Positions 14,382 to 28,424 are shown, counted from the first letter of the stretch. The stretch: DNA of 64,000 nt from Eledone cirrhosa (GCA_964016885.1 OZ024743.1:172794001-172858000), one strand, 5' to 3'. A program made the numbers and translations. The notes: generated from the letters alone by a model not told the origin.

Positions 14382-15157
14382 ACCCGAATTACTTGATCGT
14401 TTTCTTTTGGCTATGCGAATGATTGTTTAACTATCGTCTCAGTGTGTTTGGCCTTTAATGTTTGTTATAGCTCTGGTTCATCTGAATCATTGAGCACTTG
14501 CCACACATCTCGGAGGTTGTTTTTCGTTATTGCGTGGGCCGAAATGCGAATCTCGATAATTTATGTTTGTATTTATCGCCAGACTCTAGTTATTGACCAG
14601 TTAATTTTTTTGATTTTTTAGTTGATTCTATTGACTGATGAATAGCTTATGTTAATTTTAACCCTTCTGTTGAGAACTCTATTCGATTTGTGATATTTTT
14701 GCATTCTAGCAAAAATATACACAACTGAATTTATTCGCCTGATATAGGGGCTGCCTCCCTTGCCGATCCCCACGTGGAATCAGCAATAGTCAGTCCTTGT
14801 ATTAACATTGAACTAAAACCTGTTGAGAAAGTGGCTCCCTTGTTCAATCATCTTACCAGAAGCCTGACATTATTTATGTAAGCGGATGGTACTTGATTTA
14901 GGAGCCGCAGAAACCCAAATACTGGATTTTACCAACCTTCCAAGGGTCCGGGTAAATTTTTTAATACCCGAATTACTTGATCGTTTTTTTTTTTGGCTAT
15001 GCGAATGATTGTTTAACCATCGTCTCAGTGTGTTTGGCCTTTAACGTTTGTTATAGCTCTGGTTCATCTGAATCATTGAGCACTTGCCACACATCTCGGA
15101 GGTTGTTTTTCGTTATTTCGTGGGCCGAAATGCGAATCTCGATAATTTATGTTTGTA
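14382..15157. repeat. ~190-bp direct repeats flanking a ~395-bp spacer (probable PLE fragment)
   Basis: acccgaattacttgatcg...gccgaaatgcgaatctcgataatttatgtttgtat at ~14382-14572 and ~14966-15157. A diverged inverted relative lies at ~19652-19845. Confidence 0.8.
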
Positions 15158-15364
15158 TATATATATATATATATATATTTAATACAATAACAGAGATAGC
15201 TTTAAGCTAAACTCTGACTGGCTACCATCTCACTCAACAAATATTAGGATATACCTTAGTATAATCCCAATTTTGTGTTTGGGGTGCTAACTATATGTAT
15301 TTTGTGGAAAGCCAGTTGTATTATTTTATATGAGATATAATTAAAATTAAAATATATCTCTCTT

Positions 15365-15486
15365 TCCAAACAATTGTTTCATTATAAGTTTTCTACAAGT
15401 TGGGAGAATGTATCCGGTTTATGTAGAAGCCTACATAATTTTCTGTAAGAACATATGCAGGTGGGCACTTATAAATCATCAGTGGA
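15365..15486 (-). ncRNA. Hammerhead ribozyme with ~95-nt stem II domain (family G)
   Basis: Minus: TCCA-CTGATGA-tTTATAAGT[~77 nt including TTATGTAG gctt CTACATAA]ACTTATAAt-GAAA-CAATTG-TT|TGGA. Confidence 0.7.
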
Positions 15487-15932
15487 TGCCCTTCAAACTT
15501 TGATATAAGAAAAAATATTTTTTTACCGCAGTTATTTTTCGTGTCAACTAAGTCGTCCCTTCCCGCATCATAATGACCGCCAAATTTGAAATTCCAACAG
15601 TCCTAGACTGAGGAATTTCACAGCGTCACGAAGCGGAAAAGGGAGGCAATCGCGAAACACAAGAAAGTAAAATAATATACACGTGGGTTAATTAGTTTTT
15701 TTAAAAACAATTTTAATCCTGCGTGTTAAGAACTCAATTAATTTTTAAAAAATAAATGTATGCATGTATTAATTACACACGCATATAGATACTTTCTTAG
15801 GCTAAAAACAGAGATATGATACCAAAATAACAATCCATATTTCATAACAATAATAAATACGGAAAGTTACGCTTAAAAGGTATCTGGAAATATATTTCTC
15901 TGGCCAAATCAAGAGTAAAATATTTATATATA

Positions 15933-16045
<113 letters not shown>

Positions 16046-16204
16046 ATGTATATATATATATGTGTATGTATATATGTGTTTGTATGTAATTGTGTGTGTA
16101 CATGTGTGTTTATTTTTCCTTTCCTTCTTCCTTTTCCAGCCTCACTTTCATATAGATTATATTTTTGTTTTTAAAATCCAATGTCAATAAATACACCAGG
16201 ATTT

Positions 16205-16265
16205 TTTCATTCTGATGATTGAAAGCAAAATTTGATTGCTTTCAAGAAACCACTGGTAAATGAAA
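16205..16265 (+). ncRNA. Hammerhead ribozyme (family F)
   Basis: TTTCATT-CTGATGA-TTGAAAGCAA aatttga TTGCTTTCAA-GAAA-CCACTGG-TA|AATGAAA. 7-bp stem I, 10-bp stem II. Confidence 0.9.
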
Positions 16266-16296
16266 TAATTGCCTTATGTTGTTTATTACATAACTA

Positions 16297-16330
<34 letters not shown>

Positions 16331-16333
<3 letters not shown>

Positions 16334-18350
16334 TTCTCTCCTTCTTCTGCTCCTTCCACCCCTCCCTCCACTTCACCACCTCTATCTCCACCACCCACGT
16401 CCACTTCTTAGACATCTCCGTCGCTTTCGATCCCTCCCACCACTCCCTCGTCACCTCCGCCTTCTTCAAACCCACCGACTCTCACTCCTATCTCGACTTC
16501 ACCTCTTCCCACCCCACACACACTAAACACTCTATTCCCTACTCCCAACTCTTCAGGATCCGTCGCCTCTGTAGCCGAGATGCTGACTTTGAGTCCCAGG
16601 CCCTTTCCCTAGTCAGCCATTTCATCCGCAGAGGTTACCCCCCCCCCCCTCTCTCGTCCACACCGCTCTCACCCGCGCCCGTGCTGTCCACCGCTCCACC
16701 ACCCTCACCCCACGCCACCGCACACCTACCCAGCATCTCCCCTTCCCCATCACCTACCACCCCTCCACCATACCCCTCCACCGCACCATCCTCCGCCTCC
16801 AGTCCGACCCCTCCACTTCCAACATCTTCCCAGCCCCACCACTCCCCTCCTTCAAACGCGCACGCAATCTCCGCACCCTCCTCATCTACAGCTCCCTACC
16901 CCCCCCCGGTTCCTTTCCCTGTTCTAGGCCCCGCTGCAACACCTGTCCCCACATCACCAACACCACCTTCCAGGGTCCCAACGGCCACTCTCTCTCTGTC
17001 CGGCATGTCTTCCGCTGCACCTCCTCCAACCCAGTCTACGGACTTCGCTGCACGGAGTGCAGCGCAACTTATGTCGGACAGACTGGACGTCGCCTGGCTG
17101 ACAGATTTACTGAGCACCTCCGGGATATTCGTCTCGGTAGTAGTTCCCCCATCGCCCGCCACTTTGGTGCCCCTGGACATTCCGCACACCACCTCACAGT
17201 CTGTGGCCTACTCCAATGCCACGGAACACCCGCCACTCTCCTAAGGGTCGAACAACGAACCATCTTCACCCTACAGACCCACACTCCCCCCCGGCCTGAA
17301 CTCCCCACACTCTCCCCGCTCCACCCACACCCTTTCTCAAACACACACACATCCCACTAACACCTCTACTAATACACACACACACCCTTCTCACTCCAAC
17401 TTTCACACCTACCCATCCTCTCCCCTGTCCACCGCACCTCCGCACACACTGACACACCGACTTTCTTCACTTACCATTCTACCCTACTGCTGCTATGCCT
17501 CTCTGACCACCTCCCCGCACACACAGACACACAACCCTCCTCCTGCCTTGACCCTCTGACCTCTTCCTGTTGCGCGCGCACCCCACATCTCCCCTCTTCC
17601 GACCAATCTCTTCACGGATTACACATATGTGAACCTTGATCCCGAGAATCTACCGCATCCAAAGGATTTTACTCAGCATTCCACCACATCCTTTTACGGA
17701 ATTACCTTTACGACTCACCCCCAGACATACACCCCAAAAAAAATTTTTCCCACACGCCACCTACATCCACAACATGCATAAACACCACACACACATGTGC
17801 GTACCACCACATATTTACACATTCAGCCTCCGGAATCCTCTCCCCCCACCCCTCTATCCACACACGCACACACACTCCGACCTACACCCCACCCCACACA
17901 CACCTCTTCCTGAACATGCAACCCTGTTCTTCCCCCAACCCTTGCTTTCACATACACACACACACACACACACACGTACACCTACACACACACACCACCT
18001 TCAGCCCTCCCCCGCTCGGACACCCCGTCTCCCTCTCCCCACTCAACACGCCACCACCCCTACACGCCCCACACCCTTCCACCACCTGTTTTACCCCATT
18101 TTAATTTTATTTTGATCATGCCTTTATTTTTAATTTCATTTGCACCGTTTCCTCTCACCCCCTTTTTGCTATATGTCTCTCCACCACTCCCCTACACACC
18201 ATTTCAACTCTCTTCCCACACACTTTTCACCTGAAGAAGGGCTTGTGCCCGAAACGTCGTTCCCCACTACCACCTCACTCTCAAGAGCGTGAAACTAATA
18301 AACCTTTGTTCGTACTGCCTCTCTGTTTTGTTCCCGTTCAATTTTTCACT
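16331..18350 (+). mobile_element. 5'-truncated PLE (Neptune-like, CCHH-type GIY-YIG) with C-rich 3' UTR and HHR
   Basis: Manual translation: FKPTDSHSYLDFTSSHPTHTKHSIPYSQLFRIRRLCS...RRGYP; PCSRPRCNTCPH...CTSSNPVYGLRCTECSATYVGQTGRRLADRFTEH...IARHF...PGLN. (TA)n flanks. Confidence 0.9.
18229..18260 (+). ncRNA. Minimal hammerhead ribozyme (family H), weak stem I
   Basis: ac-CTGAAGA-aGGGC ttgt GCCC-GAAA-CG-TC|gt. Confidence 0.65.
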
Positions 18351-18369
18351 ATATATAGGAACGAGTAGG

Positions 18370-18465
18370 ATCCCGACGGCTGAGCTCAAGCCGTTTCGAC
18401 GGCTAATTCTGGACTAAATGAAAATTGTTATCCTGATATTTGAATAGCCGAGCTTCTCAGGGGGT
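18370..18465 (-). ncRNA. Hammerhead-like motif, CUGAGAA core variant, long stem II (family I)
   Basis: Minus: ACCCC-CTGAGAA-gctCGGCTA...TAGCCGtc-GAAA-CGGCT tgagctc AGCCG-TC|GGGAT. Confidence 0.55.
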
Positions 18466-19417
18466 AATTCCATATATGGTAAAAGTGATTGTCACAAGGA
18501 TTGGTCAAAAGTTTGTTGTTGAGACATAATAATTCTATCATGGTAATTTGTGGAGGGAAGGGGTAGCTGAACGTGCCAGTAGAAGAAAGAGGGAGAGGGG
18601 GTAGAAGAAACCCAGTCGTGCGTTGATAGTGCCAACTACGGCTGGGCAGGAGGTCAAAGAAGATACTGGGGGGGGGGGGTCGAAACAATAAGTAAAACAA
18701 TATGGGGTAGATATATAAAAAAATACCGGGAGTGTTAAAAAACAATTAATGTGTAAAGAAAAAAACAATTTCTGGTTACTATAACCTAAGGACAGCTATC
18801 AAGTCTCTCACTGGTACTGCTAGACTAAAGAAAGGTTTACTAGGTGGGACGGAATTATAATAAGACCCTTTTAAGAGGTATAAGTAAACAACCGAATATA
18901 TCTTACGGTGACGGGTCAACAAGTGGGGAGCCAAAATACTAAAGAAACTACCACGAAATAATAAATCAAAGTCCCGAGACCAGTGCGAAATAAAGGCAAC
19001 CACCCAATGCAAAAAAAAATAAATTAATATGAAATAATAATTCAGAATCCCGAAAAAGAAAACTAATACTATCTCTAAGGGTGCCGCCACGCTACAAAAA
19101 TTCTAGTGCAAACTACATAAATGCTCGTACGAAGTATATGTAAAATTTGATACGGAAAATTAATTCAGAATTCCCCCCCCCCTCCCGCCCCCCAAATAAA
19201 TACTGATATACGAGAAACTAAAGCAAAGATACCACTAAGAAATATAGAAAACACGGAAAAGGTGCGGCCATCGGATAAGAAGGCTAGTATCCGGGGTCTA
19301 ACACATCTGCTATAAAAAGCGGAGTCCGCCAAATCTATCATCGATTGGGGTGGTGGTACTGAGGCTACAAGGGACCGAGGAATTTAAAAAAAAATGAAAT
19401 TTTTCTTTTTTAGTAGG

Positions 19418-19513
19418 ACCCCGACGGCTGAGCTCAAGCCGTTTCGACGGCTAATTCTGGACTAAATGAACATTTTTATCCTGGTATTTGAATAGCCGAG
19501 CTTCTCAGGGGGT
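19418..19513 (-). ncRNA. Hammerhead-like motif, CUGAGAA core variant, long stem II (family I)
   Basis: Same as 18370, with perfect stem I ACCCC/GGGGT. Confidence 0.6.
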
Positions 19514-19614
19514 AATTCCATATATGGTAAAAGTGATTGTCACACTCTACTACCCTAAGTATTGAGTACTTTAGTGCGTTATGGTCCACCTGGTTCCTTA
19601 CCACCTTTCCTTCG

Positions 19615-19659
<45 letters not shown>

Positions 19660-20084
19660 GCGAGAATCGCATTTCGGCGGGTAGAAATTAGCGAAACGCA
19701 ACTTCCGTAATGTGTAGACAGGCGCTCCGTGGATATGAAGATAACAGAGCTATAAACATAAGTTTAAAAGGTCATACAAACTGAGACGATGGTTAAGAAG
19801 CCATTAACCACCAGAGCCAAATAAGCGAACAAGCTAAACGGGTCAAACAAAATAAGATATGATTGAAATATATATATATATAAGTATGTATACGTACATA
19901 CATATATGTATACAGACGTACAGTAGTATATATATATATACATACATGCACACATATATATGTACGTATGGGTTCACCGAACATTTATTATAATGCTCGG
20001 CTCGTTTGTAAACAAACATCCCGAATTAAGCCGTACAGTGTTTAGCAACCATCGTTGCCCTTTTGTTCAACACTGACAAAGGAA

Positions 20085-20125
20085 CGATGTACTAGTTTCA
20101 AGCTTATTAGCTATCGTCAGCACCG
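20085..20125 (-). ncRNA. Minimal hammerhead ribozyme (family J)
   Basis: Minus: CGGTG-CTGACGA-tAGCT aata AGCTt-GAAA-CTAG-TA|CATCG. Confidence 0.85.
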
Positions 20126-20452
20126 TATACCTTCCTGCCAGATGATTGAACGTCTGAAAGTATTTACTTTCCTTATGCATCACTCGATATGCAAATTAGG
20201 CTGCTCAGCCGTTAATATTCTCCCATGTACACCCCATGTGTGGTATATCACATAAATACATGTACCTTCTCCTTTCTCTCCCCCATTTTTTTATATATCT
20301 CTATGTGACGTTATATGCATATTTTAATGGATTTTAATATATCGTAAATTTATTTTATTGTTTTTATATGTGTGTATATGCGTAGACGTGTGCGTATGTA
20401 TATGTATGTGTGTGTGTGTATGTAGATATATATATAGATGTGTGTATGTATC

Positions 20453-20507
<55 letters not shown>

Positions 20508-20594
20508 GTAGGACCCGGGTTGAGTGGGGGATAACCACAGTAAGTAAGGTACTCAATACATGGCAGAGTAAAATTTTTTTATTTTATAGAAGGA

Positions 20595-20643
20595 GCTTCT
20601 ACAGGACTAGTACTGTTTCATTCAGATGAAATCTTCAGGAAGC
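20595..20643 (-). ncRNA. Hammerhead ribozyme (family K)
   Basis: Minus: GCTTC-CTGAAGA-tTTC atct GAAt-GAAA-CAG tactagtc CTG-TA|GAAGC. Confidence 0.75.
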
Positions 20644-20644
20644 C

Positions 20645-20699
<55 letters not shown>

Positions 20700-20725
<26 letters not shown>

Positions 20726-20895
20726 ATATTTATGCGTGTGTATGTGTATATATATGTATATGTTACGTGAATGTGTATGGATGTATTGTATATTTATTTT
20801 ATTGATTTTATATATGTATCTGTGAAAGCGTATGTGTGTGTGGATATATATATATATGTGTATATATATAGATATGGGTGTGTGTATGCACGTAG

Positions 20896-20927
<32 letters not shown>

Positions 20928-20968
20928 ATGTATATGTGTATACATATATATATACACACACACACATA

Positions 20969-21033
<65 letters not shown>

Positions 21034-21034
21034 A

Positions 21035-21075
<41 letters not shown>

Positions 21076-21403
21076 ATATGGCACATGAATGTGTATGGAT
21101 GCATGTATACGATTATTATGTTTATATCCGTGCATGTGTAATACAAGTTACATCTTTTAAGGTACGACGTTACATACATATTTTACTATATTGTAGGTTT
21201 TTTTATAGATGTGTATGTATTGTGTGTATGTACGTTTATAGGTGGGTGTGTATGTGTGCGAGTGTACAGATGTGTATATATATGTATATATATATGTGTG
21301 TGTGTGTATATATGTATGTGTGTATGTGTATCTGTGTGTGTGCATATGTGTATATATGTTATGTATATGTGTATATATATATGTGTGTGTATATATATGT
21401 ATA

Positions 21404-21437
<34 letters not shown>

Positions 21438-22500
21438 CATTTATTTATTTTTCTATTTGCTTACTTATTTATCTATTTATATGTGTGTATGTATGCATGC
21501 ATGTATGTGTATGGATGTATGTATATGGTTACATGTCCTATATTTGTGCATGTATAACTGGATGCATCCTTCTATAGATGACCCTGTATGACCTTTTGTG
21601 CAGATTTATATGACTGAGTATATCACACTGGGGTACGGACAGAGATATATACATGTGTGCGTGTATCTTCTTTGTGGATGTACGTGGACACGGACGTAAT
21701 TGGGCGCGTATTTGTTGGAATGTATATTAGCCAGTGCGCGCGCGCGTGTGTGTGTGTGTGTCTGTGTATCTGTGTGTATGTGCACTTACATAGGGTAGGG
21801 ATTGTTTGTGAGTAGGTTTATGTGCGTGTACATAAACAAATATGTAGATATATATATATATATAGGCATACGTCAAAACGGCCGGTCTCAAAAGTGAAAC
21901 TAATTTTTGACAGTTACGTACACGTTATAAGAGTTATTTAAATTTATATATATAAAATGAAGCAGCAAATAAGCACACATATGTACATATGTGTGTGGAC
22001 ATATGTGTATGCGTATATATGTATGTGTCCGCGTGTATGTGTATGTATATATATATGTGTGTGTGTATATATGTGTGTGTGTATTATGTGTGGGTATATA
22101 TATGTGTGTGAGAACGGACTTGTGAAATACCAAACCAAGCACGAGTCCATTGAAGTGTGTCGGACGGAGAGTAGCTGATGGCCAGTATGGCTTCAAATAT
22201 TGACCAGAATTTATGATGACGTAGAAAAACAACAGCCAATAGCAAGAGAAGAGTGGAAGATGTTTTTTGAAGCTAACACCCCAGTGAGAAAATTTGTTCC
22301 GAAAGTATTGCATGTGTCCGAAGAACCCGCAGATCTAGAATCAGACAGATCCATACAATGATCGCGTCTCGAGCAATCTGCCGGCGAAACAATTGTAACA
22401 CACAATAAACTGAGTCCAGATGCATCACTGATTTTTCGTTTTATATTATATCACACTCTGCTCTGTAAGAACATAGAGTGCTCAACTGGCATACAATTAA
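20700..22500 (+). mobile_element. Microsatellite-rich PLE 3' UTR/pLTR (family C); inverted partner split across 5889-6330, 8450-8870 and 11330-11850
   Basis: Direct reverse-complement matches of unique blocks, e.g. 21560-21730 vs 8575-8760 and 22110-22444 vs 5889-6220. Confidence 0.8.
22313..22402 (+). ncRNA. Hammerhead ribozyme, CCGAAGA core, ~61-nt stem II (family C)
   Basis: TGTGT-CCGAAGA-acccGCAGAT...ATCTGCcggc-GAAA-CAATTG-TA|ACACA-caataaa. Confidence 0.7.
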
Positions 22501-22562
22501 ACACACACACACACAGTTACACACACACACACACAGTTACACACACACACACACACACACAG

Positions 22563-23420
<858 letters not shown>

Positions 23421-23489
23421 TGTCTGTTTCACATTACTTCCCTTCCACTCCCATTACAGGGAATTCTTTTTCAGCTAGCCCTTAACTAA

Positions 23490-25400
23490 GTGCTGTAATT
23501 TGATATCTTCATTTCGTCTGTCCTTATTTTCCTGACCTGGACACATACGTGGACCGACATCATTCCAAGAATTGAGAACAGTAAACGGTCAAGTATGTGC
23601 CACTTATCGTGAAGCTTGCCAAGAATTAAATCTTCTTGAAAATGATGGACATTGGGACACTTCACTCGCTGATGCATCGAATACTGCTCGACCAAAGCAA
23701 ATACGCACATTATTCTCAATAATATTGACAACGTGCTTCCCATCAAATCCAAAAGATCTTTGGGAAAAATATAAAGACTACATGAGTGAAGACATCCTAT
23801 ATCGTTTGCGTGCAACAAATCAAAATATGAATATTCAATTCACACAAAATGTGTATAATGAAGCATTGGTTTCCATTGAGGTCATATGTTTAGCAATCGC
23901 TAACAAAACATTGGTACAATTGGGAATGCCTGCGCCGAATCGATCTGTAAACGACATTTTCGATCGTGATTTGCAACGAGAAACAAACTTTGATGTCGCC
24001 GAATTGGGTACATTTGTTCAAACGAATCTTCCCAAATTGCTACCAGAACAACGCATAGTATATGACCAAATTATGCAGGCAATTATAAGTCAAAGCGGCG
24101 GATTGTATTTTATAGATGCGCCCGGTGGTACAGGCAAAACTTTTCTCATTTCACTTATTTTGGCAACTATACGATCAGAAAATAATGTTGCACTGGCAAT
24201 CGCATCATCTGGAATTGCGGCAACTCTTTTAGATGGTGGCCGAACAGCACATTCAGCCCTGAAATTGCCATTGAATATGCAAATCGCTGAGACATCAACA
24301 TGCAATATTACCAAAAATTCTGGTATAGGTAAAGTACTCCAATCATGTAAAATCATTATATGGGACGAATGTACTATGGCGCACAAAAAATCATTGGAAG
24401 CGCTTAATAATACGCTAAAAGATTTGAAAGGAAATGAACAGCTCTTCGGTGGCACACTCATTTTATTGTCTGGTGATTTTCGACAAACTCTACCAGTTAT
24501 ACCGCGATCAACACCCGCTGATGAGCTTAATGCATGTCTCAAATCATCAGTTTTATGGCGACACGTACAGAAATTAACTTTAAAAAACAATATGCGTGTA
24601 CAACTACAAAATGACGCATCCGCTGAACGTTTCACAAAACAATTGCTGGATATTGGGAATGGGAAAATGGTAATCGATGATTCCACAAAATGTATCACAT
24701 TGCCAACAAACTTCTGTAGAATCACGGCAACCAGAGACGAACTGATTCACAAAGTGTTCCCAAATATTGCGCAGCATTACAAAAATCATCAGTGGCTCAG
24801 TGTACGTGCTATATTAGCAGCCAAAAACACCGATGTCAATGCCATTAATTTCAGCATTCAAAACGAAATACCAGGCGAAGCGACAACGTATAAGTCCATC
24901 GATACTGTAATGAATCAAGACGAAATTATCAATTATCCAATTGAATTCTTGAATTCACTTGATTTGCCAGGCATGCCACCGCACATTTTAACATTGAAAA
25001 TTGGCGTGCCTATCATCCTTCTCCGAAACATCAATCCACCACAACTTTGCAACGGTACCAGACTTTCAGTGAAAAAGACGATGAACAATATCATCGAGGC
25101 TACAATTTTAAATGGAAAATTTAAAGGAGAAGATGTACTCTTGCCACGCATCCCAATCATTCCAACAGATACGCCATTCGATTTCAAACGTTTGCAGTTT
25201 CCGGTGTGACTCGCCTTTGCAATGACTATCAACAAAGCACAAGGACAATCGCTACAAGTGTGTGGACTAAATTTAGAAAATCCATGCTTCTCACATGGAC
25301 AGCTGTATGTGGCTTGCTCACGCGTCGGTAAACCTTTTGATTTATTCGTGTACGCACCAGAAGGAAAAACAAAAAAACATTGTGTATCCAAAAGCACTTC
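23490..25400 (+). pseudogene. Helitron Rep-helicase, PIF1-like SF1B helicase part
   Basis: Walker [70 protein letters not shown]. There is a nonsense TGA at 25207-25209 and the Rep domain is missing. Confidence 0.95.
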
Positions 25401-25593
25401 AGTAAAACAAATTAAATGTTCTTATAACGAATTTTCTTTAAATTCGTCAGTCATTCAGTCATTTAAAGATAAATGTTAAAATCTAAAAAATAGAAACTAA
25501 ATTACAGAAGTTTTTAAATAACGATTAAAATGTTAATATTATTCTTTTCTAAATAAGCTTTTTAACACTGAGCGAAGCCGGGTAGCTCCGCTA

Positions 25594-25642
<49 letters not shown>

Positions 25643-25741
25643 AGAGATGTCAACATGAATGGACCTGTTATTTTTATCTAAAGACATTTATTCCTATTCC
25701 AACCCACCCGTCCCCTCAATCTATCTTATTTCTCATTCTTT

Positions 25742-25776
25742 CTTCTGATGAAGGACTGACGTCCGAAACGTTAAGG
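25742..25776 (+). ncRNA. Minimal hammerhead ribozyme (family L)
   Basis: CTT-CTGATGA-aGGAC tgac GTCC-GAAA-CGT-TA|AGG. Confidence 0.8.
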
Positions 25777-26165
25777 CCCTCTTCCTGCTGTATCAAGCGA
25801 TAACTTAATATATCCCTTCCATTGTACCGATTGTGTTGTTATTTCTATTTACCTTTTACACACACTCACACACCCACACATATATATATATATACAACTA
25901 CTAACACTGTTCCTAACTGCACTCCTTGTTTTTGTTTTGTTCTTTGCCTATGTATATACATATACAGATATATATATATATAGATATATATATATATATT
26001 ATATATATATATATATAATATATATATATATATTATATATATAATATATATATATAATATATATATATAATATATATATATATAATATATATAAAAGACG
26101 TAAAATAAGAAAATATCTTTTAAAAAAATTTTTTAAAAATTTTTTACTTACTTACTTAAATTTTC

Positions 26166-26247
26166 ACTCCAACTAATTAGTTTCTGCAATGGGATAAAGA
26201 CAGTTACATAATCCAACTGTCGAGAATTCATTGCGTCATCAGGGAGT
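26166..26247 (-). ncRNA. Hammerhead ribozyme with extended stem II (family M)
   Basis: Reverse-complement copy of 26980-27061. Confidence 0.75.
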
Positions 26248-26979
26248 CTATTCTCAGCTGAGCCTCCAGGCAATGCGCGGACACTGGCGGCTCATATAAA
26301 AATAATAATTCGGTAGAAAGAACAGCTAGGCGAGGACTGGATTCTATGTACTGAAATTCTCACTGCTTCCAGTCAAATGGCCGATTCTAAAGAATCAATC
26401 ACGTGACATAGAGGCCAGTTAGAAGGAATGGGATGGTAAGATGACAATTCTCGACAGTTGGATTATGTAACTGTCTTTATCCCATTGCAGAAACTAATTA
26501 GTTGGAGTGAAAATTTAAGTAAGTAAGTAAAAAATTTTTAAAAAATTTTTTTAAAAGATATTTTCTTATTTTACGTCTTTTATATTATTGTTCTGCACCC
26601 TCCTGCATTGAACCACCTAGGTACTATGACATAACCTGTGTATTTGCTGGCATGGACGTACATCTGTGCGCCTATGTTAGTTGATATATTAAATTATCTA
26701 TATTTATCTCCAAATCACTGATTTGTCGAGCAAACCTGCCAAAACCACTTCAAAATTTTTTTGGGGTGTTAGTAGGCGTCAGTCATCTTACCATCCCATT
26801 CCTTCTAACTGGCCTCTATGTCACGTGATCGATTCTTTAGAATCGGCCATTTGACTGGAAGCAGTGAGAATTTCAGTACATAGAATCCAGTCCTCGCCTA
26901 GCTGTTCTTTCTACCGAATTATTATTTTTATATGAGCCGCCAGTGTCCGCGCATTGCCTGGAGGCTCAGCTGAGAATAG

Positions 26980-27061
26980 ACTCCCTGATGACGCAATGAA
27001 TTCTCGACAGTTGGATTATGTAACTGTCTTTATCCCATTGCAGAAACTAATTAGTTGGAGT
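26980..27061 (+). ncRNA. Hammerhead ribozyme with ~51-nt stem II (family M)
   Basis: ACTCC-CTGATGA-cGCAATG aattctc GACAGTT...AACTGTC tttatcc CATTGCa-GAAA-CTAATTAG-TT|GGAGT. Confidence 0.78.
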
Positions 27062-27319
27062 GAAAATTTAAGTAAGTAAGTAAAAAATTTTAAAAAAATT
27101 TTTTTAAAAGATATTTTCTTATTTTACGTCTTTTATATTATTGTTCTGCACCCTCCTGCATTGAACCACCTAGGTACTATGACATAACCTGTGTATTTGC
27201 TGGCATGGACGTACATCTGTGCGCCTATGTTAGTTGATATATTAAATTATCTATATATAATATATATATATATATATACGATATTAAACAAATGGAAACT
27301 ACATTTATAAAACCATATT

Positions 27320-27385
27320 TATTTCATTATATATATTTCAGGGATATCATATTAAAAATATGGTATGCCCTCCTCAGACAAAATA
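27320..27385 (-). ncRNA. Hammerhead ribozyme (family A), CTGAGGA core
   Basis: Copy of 184-249 with N7=G, inside a ~190-bp repeat shared with 140-330. Confidence 0.8.
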
Positions 27386-27462
27386 CAATATATAAACAGT
27401 TTTATAAATAAATTTGACATACCTTAAACTTTACAACTTCCATTTAAAAAGTTGTTTTGGTA

Positions 27463-27539
<77 letters not shown>

Positions 27540-27698
27540 GGTAAATATTGATGCAATTCAATTCAAGCACTCAACGTACTTTTTCCACATTGGAGTGACG
27601 GAGTGAATATCGAATAGGGATAAGTGTTGTCATTGAAATATATATCACAGCATTATTATTAAAGGACTTGAACATCTGAAACTACTTCGCTTTTCCTT

Positions 27699-27751
<53 letters not shown>

Positions 27752-28086
27752 TAAATATATCATAAATATATCATATATCATAAATATATCATATATATAT
27801 CATAAATCATGTCTTTAGAATCATCAGATAATAAAATATATACTATTTCTTCTTCTAATTAGCATAATTAACCATATAAAAAAATCAATCAGAACAAGCT
27901 ATAAGAATAAATGCTCTTATGGGGAAATCTCCGACAAATAACCGAACGTAGCCTCTTCGCGGCGGCCTCAGTCAAGTATTTATCCAACATTTCGACAGCA
28001 TGTAGAAACTGACTAAATATACCATCAACCATACACAATCAGTTGTAAAATTAAACTTAGAAGAAATGCGCACATACCGTAATTAT

Positions 28087-28162
28087 ATCTCTACCATGGT
28101 TTCTTCCTTATTTTGGACATCCAAATAATAGGAATGTCCTGAGTTAGGATTCATCAGGAGAC
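28087..28162 (-). ncRNA. Hammerhead ribozyme with ~47-nt stem II (family N)
   Basis: Minus: GTCTC-CTGATGA-aTCCT aactca GGACATT...GATGTCC aaaata AGGAa-GAAA-CCATGG-TA|GAGAT. Confidence 0.8.
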
Positions 28163-28347
28163 AAACTCAAAATCAGACATCTAGTTTTTCAATCCGATCC
28201 CGCCAAAATTAGATTAAAAAATGGCTAAAAATCGCTATGTGGCTGTGTTCAAGCCAGAGAGAAAGAATGTGACTGGTTGCTTCATAGAGCTTAAAAGTGA
28301 CCAGTTGCAACACATATATATATCTATAACTTTATGTATATGTTAAC

Positions 28348-28424
<77 letters not shown>

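Larger units (their letters stand above)
18355..19615 (-). mobile_element. PLE 3' region with direct pLTR repeats (family I)
   Basis: ~18355-18495 is repeated at ~19412-19543. 19544-19613 is an inverted tail matching 8185-8258. Confidence 0.7.
26090..27255. mobile_element. Non-coding pLTR array (family M): one inverted copy plus two direct copies
   Basis: 26090-26445 is the reverse complement of ~26781-27136. 26446-26703 is repeated at 26999-27255 (period ~553). Confidence 0.85.

Noticed and set aside
14627-14700. CTGATGA as a hammerhead core
   Set aside because: No suitably placed GAAA, UH site or stem I partner.
16681-17244. Proline-rich 187-aa ORF
   Set aside because: It is the wrong frame of the C-rich PLE. 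The real RT/GIY-YIG motifs are in another frame.
25207-25209. In-frame TGA as selenocysteine or readthrough
   Set aside because: It aligns to a conserved Arg (CGA>TGA), and I see no SECIS evidence.
27790-27840. Minus-strand CTGATGA
   Set aside because: Truncated by microsatellite. The 3' half is missing.
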